A stretch of 64,000 nucleotides of DNA from an uncultured Pelagibacteraceae bacterium (GCA_902537555.1 CACBBR010000005.1:5703-69702), one strand, 5' to 3'. Counted from the stretch's first letter, positions 29,817 to 40,251 are shown. Made by a program: numbers and translations. The notes: a model not told the origin generated them from the sequence alone.

Positions 29817-31065
29817 CAGCTCTCCTTCCTAATAGTTTAAAATAAATATACATAAATATTAAAAGAAGCAAAACTATAACAATTGAAACAGCGGATCCCA
29901 TTCCAATATCAGATATTGTGAAACCTTGCTCATAGACATTGATTGGCAGTGTTCTAGTACCGGATGCTCCTCCAGTAAGTAAGAAAATATCTTCAAATTT
30001 ATTAAAATTCCAAATAAATCTAATCATGAACAAAATTGATATTACAGCTGTAATCTGCGGTAGTGTTATGCTTATAAATTTTTGAAGTGGTCCAGCTCCA
30101 TCAACATCTGCTGCCTCATATAGTTCTTTTGGTACAGCCTGTAGTCGAGCAAGTATAAATAAAAACGCTAATGGAAAATATCGCCAAATTTCAAAAATTA
30201 TAACGGTTGTTAATGCTAATCTTAATTTCAAATCAAAACCAAAAAAATTAATAGTTAAATATTTTTGACCTAATAAATTTAAAGGCTCTTGAATAACTTG
30301 AAAATTTAATAAAAGGTTATTTAATGTTCCGCTGTAAGGATCCAATAATAGTTCCCAAGTATATGCTAATGCTACAACAGGTCCTACGTAAGGAAATAGT
30401 AAAATACTTCTCATAAAAGTTCTTCCAAAAAATTTTTGATTTACGAGTTGGGCTGCTAAAATTCCAAATACTATTGATCCTATTGTCCCAAAGAAGGTAT
30501 AATAAAAAGTTGTTGTTAAAAGATCAAAAAATTCATTTTGAAAAAAAACCTTTTTAAAATTTTTTAATGTAAAGTCAGTATTTAAAAGAATATTATCTGA
30601 TTTACCTGACAACTTAGGCTTAATAGATTTTATTTCTTTTTTATTGATTTTTTCACCATTCTTATTTTTTAGGACTATTTGAAAATTCTCTCTGTATTTA
30701 GCTTTCCAATTTCCAAAATCACAATAAATTATATTTGACTTTAGCTGACATCTTTCATCTAAATTTAGAGGTTCAGAATTTTTTGGGATTTTATCTTGAA
30801 ATTTAACATCTCTTATATCCAATATTAATGAACTATTTCTTAACTTATAAATTATCTTTATTTCGTCTGAGCTATCTTTTATTGATTTAACTATTTTTTT
30901 TGCTCTTGGCTCTGGAATTCTTATGTCTTTTAAACCTACTTCTTTAAAACTAATCCAAACATTAGCAAATATAGGAAATAATATAATTGAAAAAACAAGG
31001 AAAACTGCAGGTAATAATAAAATGTAAGCAGTTCTTTTTTCTATTTTTGAAAGAGTATCACTCAT
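29806..31065 (-). CDS. Carbohydrate ABC permease (MalF-like) with periplasmic insert
   Basis: VPKELYEAADVDGAG, ITLP and FIWNFNKF. Confidence 0.88.
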   Translation of the reverse strand: MSDTLSKIEKRTAYILLLPAVFLVFSIILFPIFANVWISFKEVGLKDIRIPEPRAKKIVKSIKDSSDEIKIIYKLRNSSLILDIRDVKFQDKIPKNSEPLNLDERCQLKSNIIYCDFGNWKAKYRENFQIVLKNKNGEKINKKEIKSIKPKLSGKSDNILLNTDFTLKNFKKVFFQNEFFDLLTTTFYYTFFGTIGSIVFGILAAQLVNQKFFGRTFMRSILLFPYVGPVVALAYTWELLLDPYSGTLNNLLLNFQVIQEPLNLLGQKYLTINFFGFDLKLRLALTTVIIFEIWRYFPLAFLFILARLQAVPKELYEAADVDGAGPLQKFISITLPQITAVISILFMIRFIWNFNKFEDIFLLTGGASGTRTLPINVYEQGFTISDIGMGSAVSIVIVLLLLIFMYIYFKLLGRRADEN

Positions 31066-31066
31066 A

Positions 31067-31100
31067 ATAAAAGCGGATAATACACATTATCCGCTTTTAT
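31067..31100 (-). terminator. Intercistronic stem-loop after the sugar SBP gene
   Basis: Perfect 15-bp inverted repeat ATAAAAGCGGATAAT-acac-ATTATCCGCTTTTAT. Confidence 0.7.
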
Positions 31101-31119
31101 TTAAATTTAAATTACTAGA

Positions 31120-32448
31120 TTAAAATTGAGAGAGTTTTTGATTGATCATATCTACTGCTTGATCAATATCAATCTGTCCATCAACATAAAGTCTAGTTAT
31201 TCTATTAATAAACTTGTTATTAATAATTTTAGATGCTCTAGCAAGTTCACCTTCTTTTACACCCCATCTTTTAGCCTGATCTAATCCAGCAACGATATTA
31301 TTTATAACATCCTCTGAATATAGGTCTGATAATGGTGCTTTTCTATCAACTCCAACAGGTAGTTTACTCCATGCTTTTGTAAATGCCTCTGGATCACTTG
31401 CGTTTCCTCTTCTCACAGGAAATTTACCTTCTGGTGCGATTGAAAGTGTCTTTGTATAACCTTCATCCATTGAATATTTGATAAATGCACTTGCTTCTTC
31501 TGTATCAGCATCAGCTGTTATTCCAAAGTATCTTACATCAGCCCATGCGGCCCCTTTTTTATTATTAGGACCACTTAAGTTTGTAATAAAACCAGTCTTT
31601 GAAGCTAACTCCCCAGATGTTGGATCACTGTTTATCGTTGGAGGAGCTGAATCTCTTAAACCAGCTAATTCATCCATAATAAATGGAGACCAAATTATCA
31701 TTGGAGTTTTTCCAGCAAAGTATAATTCTCTAGATTGCTTCCAATATAATTCTCCTGGAGGACTTGCATTTGCAATAACTTTATAAAATTCTAATGCTGC
31801 CTTTAATTTTTTACCTTGTTTTCTTACCGCTCCTTTTTTAACAACGTTAACTCCATTTGCTAAAAGAACATGTTCTAAAACTTGGCTCATAAAGTTTTCA
31901 TCAGTTTTTGTAGCTGCTACAAAACCAAACATTCCGTCACCAGATAGTGCTTCTACTGCTTTAGTTATATTTTCATAACTTGTTGGTGGCGCAAGACCTG
32001 CTTTTTCAAATAAGTCTTTTCTGTAGACTACCATTTGAGTCCAGCCATCAACTGGTACTGCTGCTATTTTTGACCCACTCTTAGCCATATTTAATGCACC
32101 TGGTGCAAAAGTTTTTTTACCAAGATCTTTAACAACTGCATTATTAGCATCTACATCTAATATTCCTGCCTCAGCCCAAGGTAAGACGTATTGTAAAGTA
32201 TGATAAATTACATCTGGAAGATCACCAGCCGCAGCAGCAGCTGTTGCTCTTGTTCCTAAATCTTTTTCTTCTACAGGAATAACTTCAACTTTGATGCCAG
32301 TTTTAGCCTCAAAATCCTTGGCCATAGCTTCTTGCTTAGCCATTCTAGCTGGTTGAACTTCTGTAGTCCAAAAAGTAATGTCTGCAAAACTAATATTTGT
32401 TACAAAAAATATTAGTGCGCAAACAGTAATTGTTATTTTTTTAATCAT
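31120..32448 (-). CDS. Carbohydrate ABC substrate-binding protein
   Basis: Signal peptide, FEAKTGIKVEV, AGDLPDV and YRKDLFEKAGL..P family-1 SBP motifs; GAGGGG RBS. Confidence 0.88.
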   Translation of the reverse strand: MIKKITITVCALIFFVTNISFADITFWTTEVQPARMAKQEAMAKDFEAKTGIKVEVIPVEEKDLGTRATAAAAAGDLPDVIYHTLQYVLPWAEAGILDVDANNAVVKDLGKKTFAPGALNMAKSGSKIAAVPVDGWTQMVVYRKDLFEKAGLAPPTSYENITKAVEALSGDGMFGFVAATKTDENFMSQVLEHVLLANGVNVVKKGAVRKQGKKLKAALEFYKVIANASPPGELYWKQSRELYFAGKTPMIIWSPFIMDELAGLRDSAPPTINSDPTSGELASKTGFITNLSGPNNKKGAAWADVRYFGITADADTEEASAFIKYSMDEGYTKTLSIAPEGKFPVRRGNASDPEAFTKAWSKLPVGVDRKAPLSDLYSEDVINNIVAGLDQAKRWGVKEGELARASKIINNKFINRITRLYVDGQIDIDQAVDMINQKLSQF

Positions 32449-32562
32449 TGATTTCCCCTCTTTTTTCGTTGATTAATTGAGTAAATGTATCAGCGAGAGA
32501 AATGAATGACAATAGATATAAAAAAACCACTTAAACTCAAAAAGTCAACAAATATAATATTT

Positions 32563-33519
32563 TTAAATCAAAAATTTTTTATTTTTTAGAATTGATCTAA
32601 TTATTTTAAACATTAGGGGAATTTTTTTTGAATTAAACTTTTTTAAAATAAAAGGTGCAATTTCTCTTACAAGTTGTTCTCCTTCTACAGTATCATTTGC
32701 CATAAACTTTTTTTTAGCCCTTTGAAAAGTAAAACCTTGTCCTAAATAGTTTCCCATTTTACTATTTCTTCCTCCTGCAGCACTTACATACAAGTCTCCA
32801 ACTCCAGCTAGACTTAAAACCGTATCTTCTTTTCCCTTTAAATGTTTAGTTATGTATTTCATTTCTGATAATGATTTTTGAAACAAACTTGAAGATTTAT
32901 TCAAACTTAAACCCGAGCCAATTATCAGGGAATAAATATTTTTTATTGCCGAACATATTTCAACACCCACTACATCTTTAGAATATTCAATCAAATAGTA
33001 TTTTGTTGAAATCATTTTACCTAACAATTTTGCAATTTGAATATTTTTGTTTGCAATGATTACACTTGTTTGACATTTTCTGGCTAATTCTTTAGCTAAA
33101 CATGGTCCTTTCAAAACTGATATATTTAATTTAGGAGTATTTTTTCCAAGCGTTTGAGAAATAGAAACAATTTTTTTATTTTTCCTTTCATATTTAAGAC
33201 CTTTTGTAAGAACTAAAACTGGAGATTTTACTTTATACTTTTTTAATTCTTTACTAATGAAATCTATTCCTGTTAAGCTTAAAGCTATAACAATAAGATC
33301 ATATTTTTCCAAAAAAATTTCTTTAGAATACTTTTTAAATATAAGTTTTTTCGAAAGATTAATTTTTAACCCTGAATGAAATTTATTTTTTGATGATAAA
33401 TTTTTAATAAATCTTTGGCTATATGGTTCTGTAATAAATACTTTATGATTATTGTCTATACATGGAACAGAGAACGCTGACCCCATGGCCCCGCCTCCAA
33501 TAATTAGAATTTTTTTCAT
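32563..33519 (-). CDS. gpsA: NAD(P)-dependent glycerol-3-phosphate dehydrogenase, divergent GpsA-like
   Basis: IIGGGAMGSA, LTKG, GPCLAKE, DVVGVE...KNI and AGVGDL...GRN. Confidence 0.8.
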   Translation of the reverse strand: MKKILIIGGGAMGSAFSVPCIDNNHKVFITEPYSQRFIKNLSSKNKFHSGLKINLSKKLIFKKYSKEIFLEKYDLIVIALSLTGIDFISKELKKYKVKSPVLVLTKGLKYERKNKKIVSISQTLGKNTPKLNISVLKGPCLAKELARKCQTSVIIANKNIQIAKLLGKMISTKYYLIEYSKDVVGVEICSAIKNIYSLIIGSGLSLNKSSSLFQKSLSEMKYITKHLKGKEDTVLSLAGVGDLYVSAAGGRNSKMGNYLGQGFTFQRAKKKFMANDTVEGEQLVREIAPFILKKFNSKKIPLMFKIIRSILKNKKFLI

Positions 33520-33630
33520 AAATAAATTAACTAATTGTAACTATTTATTAATAACAAGTAATTTTAAAGAAAAAATAGTTTTATTTTTTTGATTTTATTA
33601 ATAAAATAAATATAAAATTAAACAGTTTAT

Positions 33631-34959
33631 ATGAACAAAATAGCGATAATCGGTGCAGGCCCTTGTGGTTTATCAATGTTAAGAGCCTTTGAACACGCAG
33701 AACAAAAGGGAGAAAAAGTTCCAGAAATCGTATGTTTTGAAAAACAAGATGATTGGGGAGGACTATGGAACTACAGTTGGAGAACAGGTTCAGATCAATA
33801 TGGTGATCCTGTCCCCAATAGTATGTATAGATATTTATGGTCAAACGGACCAAAAGAATGTTTAGAATTTGCAGATTATTCTTTTGATGAGCATTTTGGA
33901 AAGCCTATTCCGTCTTTTCCACCTAGAGAAGTATTACACAACTACATAATTGGAAGAGTAAATAAAGGAAGTATTAAAAGCAAAATAAAATTTAGCACAA
34001 GTGTAAAAAGTGTAAATTATAATTCAGATAAATTTGAAATTAGCTATCAAGATAAAACTAACAATAAAATTTTGCATGATAAATTTGATTATGTAATTGT
34101 TTCAACTGGACACTTTTCAGTACCATTTATTCCTGAATACAAGGGGATGAGTTCTTTCCCAGGAAGAATAATGCATTCTCATGATTTTAGAGATGCTGAA
34201 GAATTTAGAGATAAAAATGTTATAGTACTCGGAAGCAGTTATTCGGCTGAGGATGTTGCGCTACAATGTAATAAATATGGAGCTAAAACTGTAACTATAG
34301 GTTATAGACACAACCCAATGGGTTTTAAATGGCCTTCAGGTATGAAAGAAGTTTATTATCTAGATAGATTAGAAGGCAACAACGCAATTTTTAAAGATGG
34401 GACAAAACAAGAGGCTGATGTAATTATATTATGTACCGGATACCTACATCATTTTCCATTTTTGAACGAGAAACTAAAGCTTAAAACTCATAATAGATTA
34501 TATCCACCTAAATTGTATAAAGGAGTTGTATGGCAAGATAACCACAAGTTAATGTACCTAGGTATGCAGGATCAATTTCATACTTTTAATATGTTTGATT
34601 GCCAAGCATGGTTTGCAAGAGATGTAATAATGAATAAAATTAAAATTCCAAATGACAATGAGATAGATAAAGATATTTCTAAATGGGTTTCTTTGGAAGA
34701 AAAATTAGAAAACCCAGATCAAATGATAGATTTTCAAACTGAATACACTAAAGAACTTCACAAAATGTCAGATTATCCAAAAATCGATTTTGAATTAATA
34801 AGAAAGCATTTCAAGGATTGGGAGCATCATAAAATGGACGATATTTCTACTTACAGGAATAAGTCTTTTTCATCACCTGTAACTGGATCCATTGCCCCTA
34901 TTCACCATACTCCTTGGGCATCTGCGATGGATGACTCTATGGATACGTTTTTAAAATAA
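33631..34959 (+). CDS. tmm: Trimethylamine monooxygenase (bacterial FMO)
   Basis: GAGPCG, WGGLWNYSWRTG, SMYRYLWSNGPKEC, FPGRIMHSHDFR and GSSYSAED; located beside tmo/tdm. Confidence 0.92.
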   Translation: MNKIAIIGAGPCGLSMLRAFEHAEQKGEKVPEIVCFEKQDDWGGLWNYSWRTGSDQYGDPVPNSMYRYLWSNGPKECLEFADYSFDEHFGKPIPSFPPREVLHNYIIGRVNKGSIKSKIKFSTSVKSVNYNSDKFEISYQDKTNNKILHDKFDYVIVSTGHFSVPFIPEYKGMSSFPGRIMHSHDFRDAEEFRDKNVIVLGSSYSAEDVALQCNKYGAKTVTIGYRHNPMGFKWPSGMKEVYYLDRLEGNNAIFKDGTKQEADVIILCTGYLHHFPFLNEKLKLKTHNRLYPPKLYKGVVWQDNHKLMYLGMQDQFHTFNMFDCQAWFARDVIMNKIKIPNDNEIDKDISKWVSLEEKLENPDQMIDFQTEYTKELHKMSDYPKIDFELIRKHFKDWEHHKMDDISTYRNKSFSSPVTGSIAPIHHTPWASAMDDSMDTFLK

Positions 34960-34967
34960 TAAATTTT

Positions 34968-36446
34968 CTATGATAAAGTTTTTTTTACGGATAACTTCCA
35001 CCCATTCAACAATTTGTTTCTGACAATATTACTTAATTTAGGTTTGAAAATTTTATCTTTTTTCCATATTCTCTTTATTTGATCTAATGATTTAAATACA
35101 CCAATTTGGTATCCAGCAAATAATGCAACTCCTAGAGCTGTAGTTTCCAAAACTTTGGGTCTCTCTGTTTTAACATTAATAATATTTGCTAAAAATTGTG
35201 AAAACCAGTTATTTTTAACCATTCCGCCATCAATTTTAATTTTATTAGGCTTCAAACCATCTTTCCTCATTGCATTAAAAAGATCATAGCTTTGATATGC
35301 TACAGACTCTATGACTGCTCTCACTAAAATTTTCCAATCACTGTCTCTCGTTAAACCTGTAATTGTTCCTCTTGCATCAGGTCTCCAATATGGTGCTCCC
35401 ATCCCACTAAAGGCTGGTACAACATAGACGCCTTCATTATTTTTTTTTAATTTGGCAATTTGTTCAGTATCATAAGCATTATTTATTAGCTTTAACTTAT
35501 CTCTTAACCATTGAACACCTGCTCCAGCAATAAAAATAGAGCCTTCGAGAGCAAAAGTATTTTTTCCATTTAACCTATAACAAATAGTAGTTAATAATTT
35601 ATTCTTTGAAAAAATTTTTTTAGATCCTGTATTCATTATTGCAAAAGCTCCTGTTCCATAAGTACTTTTTATTGAGCCTTTTTCAAAACAAGATTGACCA
35701 ACAGCTGCAGCCTGTTGATCACCTAAAACTGCAGATATAGGAATTTCATATCCAACTATTTTTTTATTTGTTGTTCCAAAATTATCTGCTGAGTTTTTTA
35801 CATTCGGTAGAATACCTTTGGGGATATTCAATTTTTTTAAAATTTCTTTATCCCAGTTGTTATTATTTATATTAAATAACATTGTCCTACTTGCATTTGT
35901 TGCATCAGTTAAATGATGCTTTCCATTAGTTAACTTCCAAATTAAATAAGTGTCTACTGTTCCAAAGAGTAAATTATTGGATTTCAAAAGTTTCTTTGAA
36001 ATTTTTACATTCTCTAAGATCCATTTTATTTTCGTAGCTGAAAAATATGGATCAATAAATAGTCCAGTTTTTTTTCTAAAAATATTTTCATACTTTTTTT
36101 TCTTTAGTTTTTCACAAAATTCTTGTGTTCTTCTATCTTGCCAAACAATTGCATTATAAATTGCTTTGCCAGTTTTTTTATTCCAAAGGATAGTAGTTTC
36201 TCTTTGATTTGTAATTCCAATACTTAATATTTTACCTTTTAAAGTTGAAGCTTTTTTAATTACTCCTTTTAAAGCTTTAATAGATGAAGACCAAATTTCA
36301 TTTGGATTATGCTCTACCCATCCATTTTTTGGAAAATATTGAGTAAACTCGAATTGAGATGTGAATAAAATATTACCTTGTAAATCAAATAAAATTGCTC
36401 TTGAAGATGTTGTGCCTTGATCAATAGCGACAAGAAACTTTTTCAC
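34968..36446 (-). CDS. glpK: Glycerol kinase
   Basis: IDQGTTSSR, ITNQRET, WQDRR, TNASRT, GDQQAA and YGTG. Confidence 0.93.
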   Translation of the reverse strand: MKKFLVAIDQGTTSSRAILFDLQGNILFTSQFEFTQYFPKNGWVEHNPNEIWSSSIKALKGVIKKASTLKGKILSIGITNQRETTILWNKKTGKAIYNAIVWQDRRTQEFCEKLKKKKYENIFRKKTGLFIDPYFSATKIKWILENVKISKKLLKSNNLLFGTVDTYLIWKLTNGKHHLTDATNASRTMLFNINNNNWDKEILKKLNIPKGILPNVKNSADNFGTTNKKIVGYEIPISAVLGDQQAAAVGQSCFEKGSIKSTYGTGAFAIMNTGSKKIFSKNKLLTTICYRLNGKNTFALEGSIFIAGAGVQWLRDKLKLINNAYDTEQIAKLKKNNEGVYVVPAFSGMGAPYWRPDARGTITGLTRDSDWKILVRAVIESVAYQSYDLFNAMRKDGLKPNKIKIDGGMVKNNWFSQFLANIINVKTERPKVLETTALGVALFAGYQIGVFKSLDQIKRIWKKDKIFKPKLSNIVRNKLLNGWKLSVKKTLS

Positions 36447-36450
36447 AAGT

Positions 36451-38604
36451 TTAATCTATACCCAAGTGTTTTTTTCTTTTATCAACCCAAGTTCTTATTA
36501 AATTGTCAAAAATTAAACCTATGAAAGCAACACATATTCCTAATGTTAATCCAATTCCTGCACCTTTTTTGTCTGACAAAGCTTTTAAAATATATTGTCC
36601 TAAATCTTCTGTCCCAATAAATGCCCCTATAATCACCATAAATAGAGCAAAAACTATAGTTTGATTAAGTCCTAACATCATATGTGGGAATGCTAAAGGA
36701 AACTCTATCTTAAATAATCTTTGAAATTTAGTTACCCCTGACATCGTTGCAGCATCATGTAAACCAGATGGGACACTTCTAAGTCCTTCTATTGTATATC
36801 TCGTTGCAGGTATAGTCGCATAAACTATTACCGCTATAAGAACAGAAGTATCAGTTATACCAAATAGCATCATTACAGGAATTAAATATACAAATGATGG
36901 AAAGGTTTGAAAAATATCACATACGTTTAACATAAATTTTGTAGAGTGTTTATTTTGAAAACATAAAGTTCCAACTGTAAATCCAATAATACATGATACA
37001 ATCACGCCAAATGTTGCCATATAAGTTGTTACCAAAGCTCTATCCCACCAAGGACTTAATGCTATAAATAAAGTCAAACCACAAACTACTAAAGCTGATC
37101 TTGTGCCACCAATCAAATATCCTGCTCCTACTACTAATACTATTGTAGCTATCGCTGGCATTCTTAAATATAAAGCTCTCATTGGCTGAAGTACTTCAAC
37201 AATCAACCACGTATTAAATGCTTTTATGTAAACAAAAAATGTATCAAATATCCAGTCAACTCCTTTATTCCAAAAATCAGCAGTTGATATCCCCTTATTA
37301 TGTGGAACTTCAAATAAATAATTATATCCATCTTTAAAATAAATAGATCCAAAATACGCTAACGCAATTCCTACAATCATTATTAGTCCAAAAAATAATG
37401 AGTTTTTATTCCTTTGGAAAAAATTTAGATTCCCAAAATAATCAACTTGTTTATTTGCCCAGGCTAAGGACATTTTATCCAATAGAATTGCAATCAAACT
37501 AATACAAAGTCCTGCTTCTAAAGCTAATCCAATGTTTAACTGATTTAATGCTAACAATAAATTAAACCCTAGACCTTTTGCTCCAATAAAAGCTGAGATA
37601 ACAGCCATAGAAAAACAAACCATTATGACTTGATTAACTCCAATCAAAATATCTCTTCTTGCTGTTGGAATTAAAACTTTGAACATTAGTTGCCAATTAT
37701 TACATCCACTCATTCTACCAGCTTCAATAACTTCTGGAGGCACAGCTCTCAATCCTAATAAGGTCAATAGTATCATGGGAGGCACTGCTACAATCATTGT
37801 TATAATTACTGCTGCATGATCCCCAACTCCAAAAAGTACAAGGGCAGGAACTAAAACAGCGTACTGAGGCATTGTCTGCATAACTAAAAGTATTGGATAT
37901 AGAGCTTTTTCTACTCTTTTGCTCTTAAAGGCTGCAATACCAAGACTTAATCCAAATATAAATGATAGTGGTGCTGCAACTAAAATAAAAGATAATGTCT
38001 GCATTGATGGTTTCCACTGACCGAAAATAGAAATATAAGTCATTGCTAAACCAGCAAAAATGGCTAATCCTCTACCACCTAACTTATAAGCAAGTATTGC
38101 AGAACCTGCAGCAACAATAGTCCATGGTAAGCCAGGTAATTCTGCCCAAGGATTAGCATCAATCCAATCCCAACTTGTAAATGCTACGATAGTTTCAAGC
38201 CCACCAAGTAAAATCTCTCTAATTAATTCTATTAAAAAAGTCATAAAGGCAGTTAAATTTCTGGTAATTTGTAAAACTAAAGGTCTAGTTTTATATTCTT
38301 GAGTATCTTCGTTCCAAAACTCCATTGGCATCCAATCATTCATTAAGAAGAATAATGAATCGTTTATCCAAATTGGTAACCAACCAAGTAAAGGAGGCAG
38401 TCTCCAAAAAACATCAAAAGCGTAATACCTCACCTCTTTTCCTAAAAAAACAAAGGTGCTTTGATTAGGGTCTTTTACAAATTCAGCTTGCCCTCTAATA
38501 AATTTATAAGTTTCAGGTACATCAATTGCAAAACATAAAGCAAAAAATACTATTAATAAAAATATCCACTGAAATAATTTTGGGTATTTTTTAAATAATT
38601 CCAT
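36451..38604 (-). CDS. tmoV: TMAO ABC transporter fused double permease
   Basis: Two ProW-type halves (MQTMPQYAVL and FQTFPSFVYL), 717 aa; context with tmoX and tdm. Confidence 0.85.
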   Translation of the reverse strand: MELFKKYPKLFQWIFLLIVFFALCFAIDVPETYKFIRGQAEFVKDPNQSTFVFLGKEVRYYAFDVFWRLPPLLGWLPIWINDSLFFLMNDWMPMEFWNEDTQEYKTRPLVLQITRNLTAFMTFLIELIREILLGGLETIVAFTSWDWIDANPWAELPGLPWTIVAAGSAILAYKLGGRGLAIFAGLAMTYISIFGQWKPSMQTLSFILVAAPLSFIFGLSLGIAAFKSKRVEKALYPILLVMQTMPQYAVLVPALVLFGVGDHAAVIITMIVAVPPMILLTLLGLRAVPPEVIEAGRMSGCNNWQLMFKVLIPTARRDILIGVNQVIMVCFSMAVISAFIGAKGLGFNLLLALNQLNIGLALEAGLCISLIAILLDKMSLAWANKQVDYFGNLNFFQRNKNSLFFGLIMIVGIALAYFGSIYFKDGYNYLFEVPHNKGISTADFWNKGVDWIFDTFFVYIKAFNTWLIVEVLQPMRALYLRMPAIATIVLVVGAGYLIGGTRSALVVCGLTLFIALSPWWDRALVTTYMATFGVIVSCIIGFTVGTLCFQNKHSTKFMLNVCDIFQTFPSFVYLIPVMMLFGITDTSVLIAVIVYATIPATRYTIEGLRSVPSGLHDAATMSGVTKFQRLFKIEFPLAFPHMMLGLNQTIVFALFMVIIGAFIGTEDLGQYILKALSDKKGAGIGLTLGICVAFIGLIFDNLIRTWVDKRKKHLGID

Positions 38605-38607
38605 AAA

Positions 38608-39639
38608 TTAATTATTATTTTTTCTTCCTCCAAAAACTGTATTAATTATTTTTGTTGGATTAATAGATCCTACAATTTTATTATTGTTGTCTATTACAGC
38701 TACAGTCTTTTCTTGTGTTAATATTTTTTCTGCTACATTTTCAATTATCTCGTCTTTTGAAACTTTTAAATCGCCTATATCTTCTGTTGTTTTAGAGTCC
38801 ATAACATCTGCAATTAATAAAACTTTTTCTCTAGGAACTTCCTCAGTAAATTTTCTCACATATTCAGTCGCTGGATTTAAGACAATATTTGCAGGAGTAT
38901 CTAATTGTTCAATAATTCCATCTTTCATAATTGCAATACGATCAGCAAGTTTTAGAGCTTCGTCAAAATCATGAGTAATGAACATAATTGTTTTTTGTAA
39001 CTTTTCTTGGAGTCTTAAAAATTCATCTTGCATCTCTTTTCGGATTAATGGATCAAGTGCTGAAAAAGGTTCATCTAAAAACCAAATATCTGGCTCAACT
39101 GCTAATGATCTTGCAATACCTACTCTTTGTTGTTGTCCTCCAGATAATTCTCGAGGAAAGTAGTTTTCTCTTCCATCAAGACCAACTAATTTGACCATAT
39201 CCATTGCTTTATTGATACTCTCACCTGTATTAATCCCTTTAATTTGTAATGGAAAAGCTATGTTTTCCACAACTGTTTTATGAGGAAGAAGTGCAAAGCT
39301 TTGAAAAACCATTCCCATTTTGTTTCTTCTAAGATCTATCAATTCTTTATTGTTTAAATTTAATAGATCTTGACCTTCAATAAATATCTTTCCACCCGTT
39401 GCATCTGTTAATCTTGAGATACATCTTAACAACGTAGACTTACCTGATCCTGAAAGTCCCATTACGACCAACATTTCTCCTTTTGATACCTCAAAGGAAG
39501 CATTATTTACACCAACTATACATCCATTTTCTTGAAAAGTTTTTGCATCTACATTTCCGTTCGCTTCCTTGAGCATAGTTTCAGCGTTTTCGCCAAATAT
39601 CTTATAGACAGAATCACATTTAATTACTGGTTCAGACAT
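38608..39639 (-). CDS. tmoW: TMAO ABC transporter ATPase (ProV family)
   Basis: GLSGSGKS, LSGGQQQR and DEPFSALDPLIR. Confidence 0.88.
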   Translation of the reverse strand: MSEPVIKCDSVYKIFGENAETMLKEANGNVDAKTFQENGCIVGVNNASFEVSKGEMLVVMGLSGSGKSTLLRCISRLTDATGGKIFIEGQDLLNLNNKELIDLRRNKMGMVFQSFALLPHKTVVENIAFPLQIKGINTGESINKAMDMVKLVGLDGRENYFPRELSGGQQQRVGIARSLAVEPDIWFLDEPFSALDPLIRKEMQDEFLRLQEKLQKTIMFITHDFDEALKLADRIAIMKDGIIEQLDTPANIVLNPATEYVRKFTEEVPREKVLLIADVMDSKTTEDIGDLKVSKDEIIENVAEKILTQEKTVAVIDNNNKIVGSINPTKIINTVFGGRKNNN

Positions 39640-39705
39640 AAATTATAATAAGGTTATACGAAATTAAGATAAAATAAAATCTCTTAAATTTGTTAAATTT
39701 CCTCC

Positions 39706-40251
39706 CTAAAAATTTTTTATAAAATAAACTCTTGTATCAATTCCTGTGCTTAAAAAACTTAAAGCCTCACCACTTACGGAAATAGTTTCATCTACACCAA
39801 CATTATTTCCACTAACTACAAAACCTGCAAAGCATTTATTTTTTTCTTTATCCCATTTAACAAACGTTTCATCTATCTTATTACCATTAATGGTGTAAAT
39901 TTCGTGTGCTCTAAAATTTAAAAAATTTGCTCCCATAATTGCACGTTGGGGAATAAGTTTTGTTGCTTTGCAAACCGCCTCGTATAATTCATCGGATAAT
40001 CTGAAATGATCTGTACCATCAAAAGAAACTAAAATTCCTGATGGAAGACTTGAGATTAATTTATTTAGTTTTCTCTCTTGAGCAATTCTTTCTTCTTCTA
40101 TTTTCATTTTAGCAACCAACTCATCACCCTCACCAAACATTTTATTTAAGATAAAAAAAGTTATAAATATAATAACCATTATTCCTATTAGTCCACCAAA
40201 CTGTTTGATAGGTTCTGGTAATTCCTTAAAATTACTCTTGTAGTTTTCCAT
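39706..40251 (-). CDS. Hypothetical single-pass membrane protein
   Basis: One TM helix, a short coiled coil and a soluble domain with two Cys. The ATG at 40251 is preferred. Confidence 0.6.
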   Translation of the reverse strand: MENYKSNFKELPEPIKQFGGLIGIMVIIFITFFILNKMFGEGDELVAKMKIEEERIAQERKLNKLISSLPSGILVSFDGTDHFRLSDELYEAVCKATKLIPQRAIMGANFLNFRAHEIYTINGNKIDETFVKWDKEKNKCFAGFVVSGNNVGVDETISVSGEALSFLSTGIDTRVYFIKNF

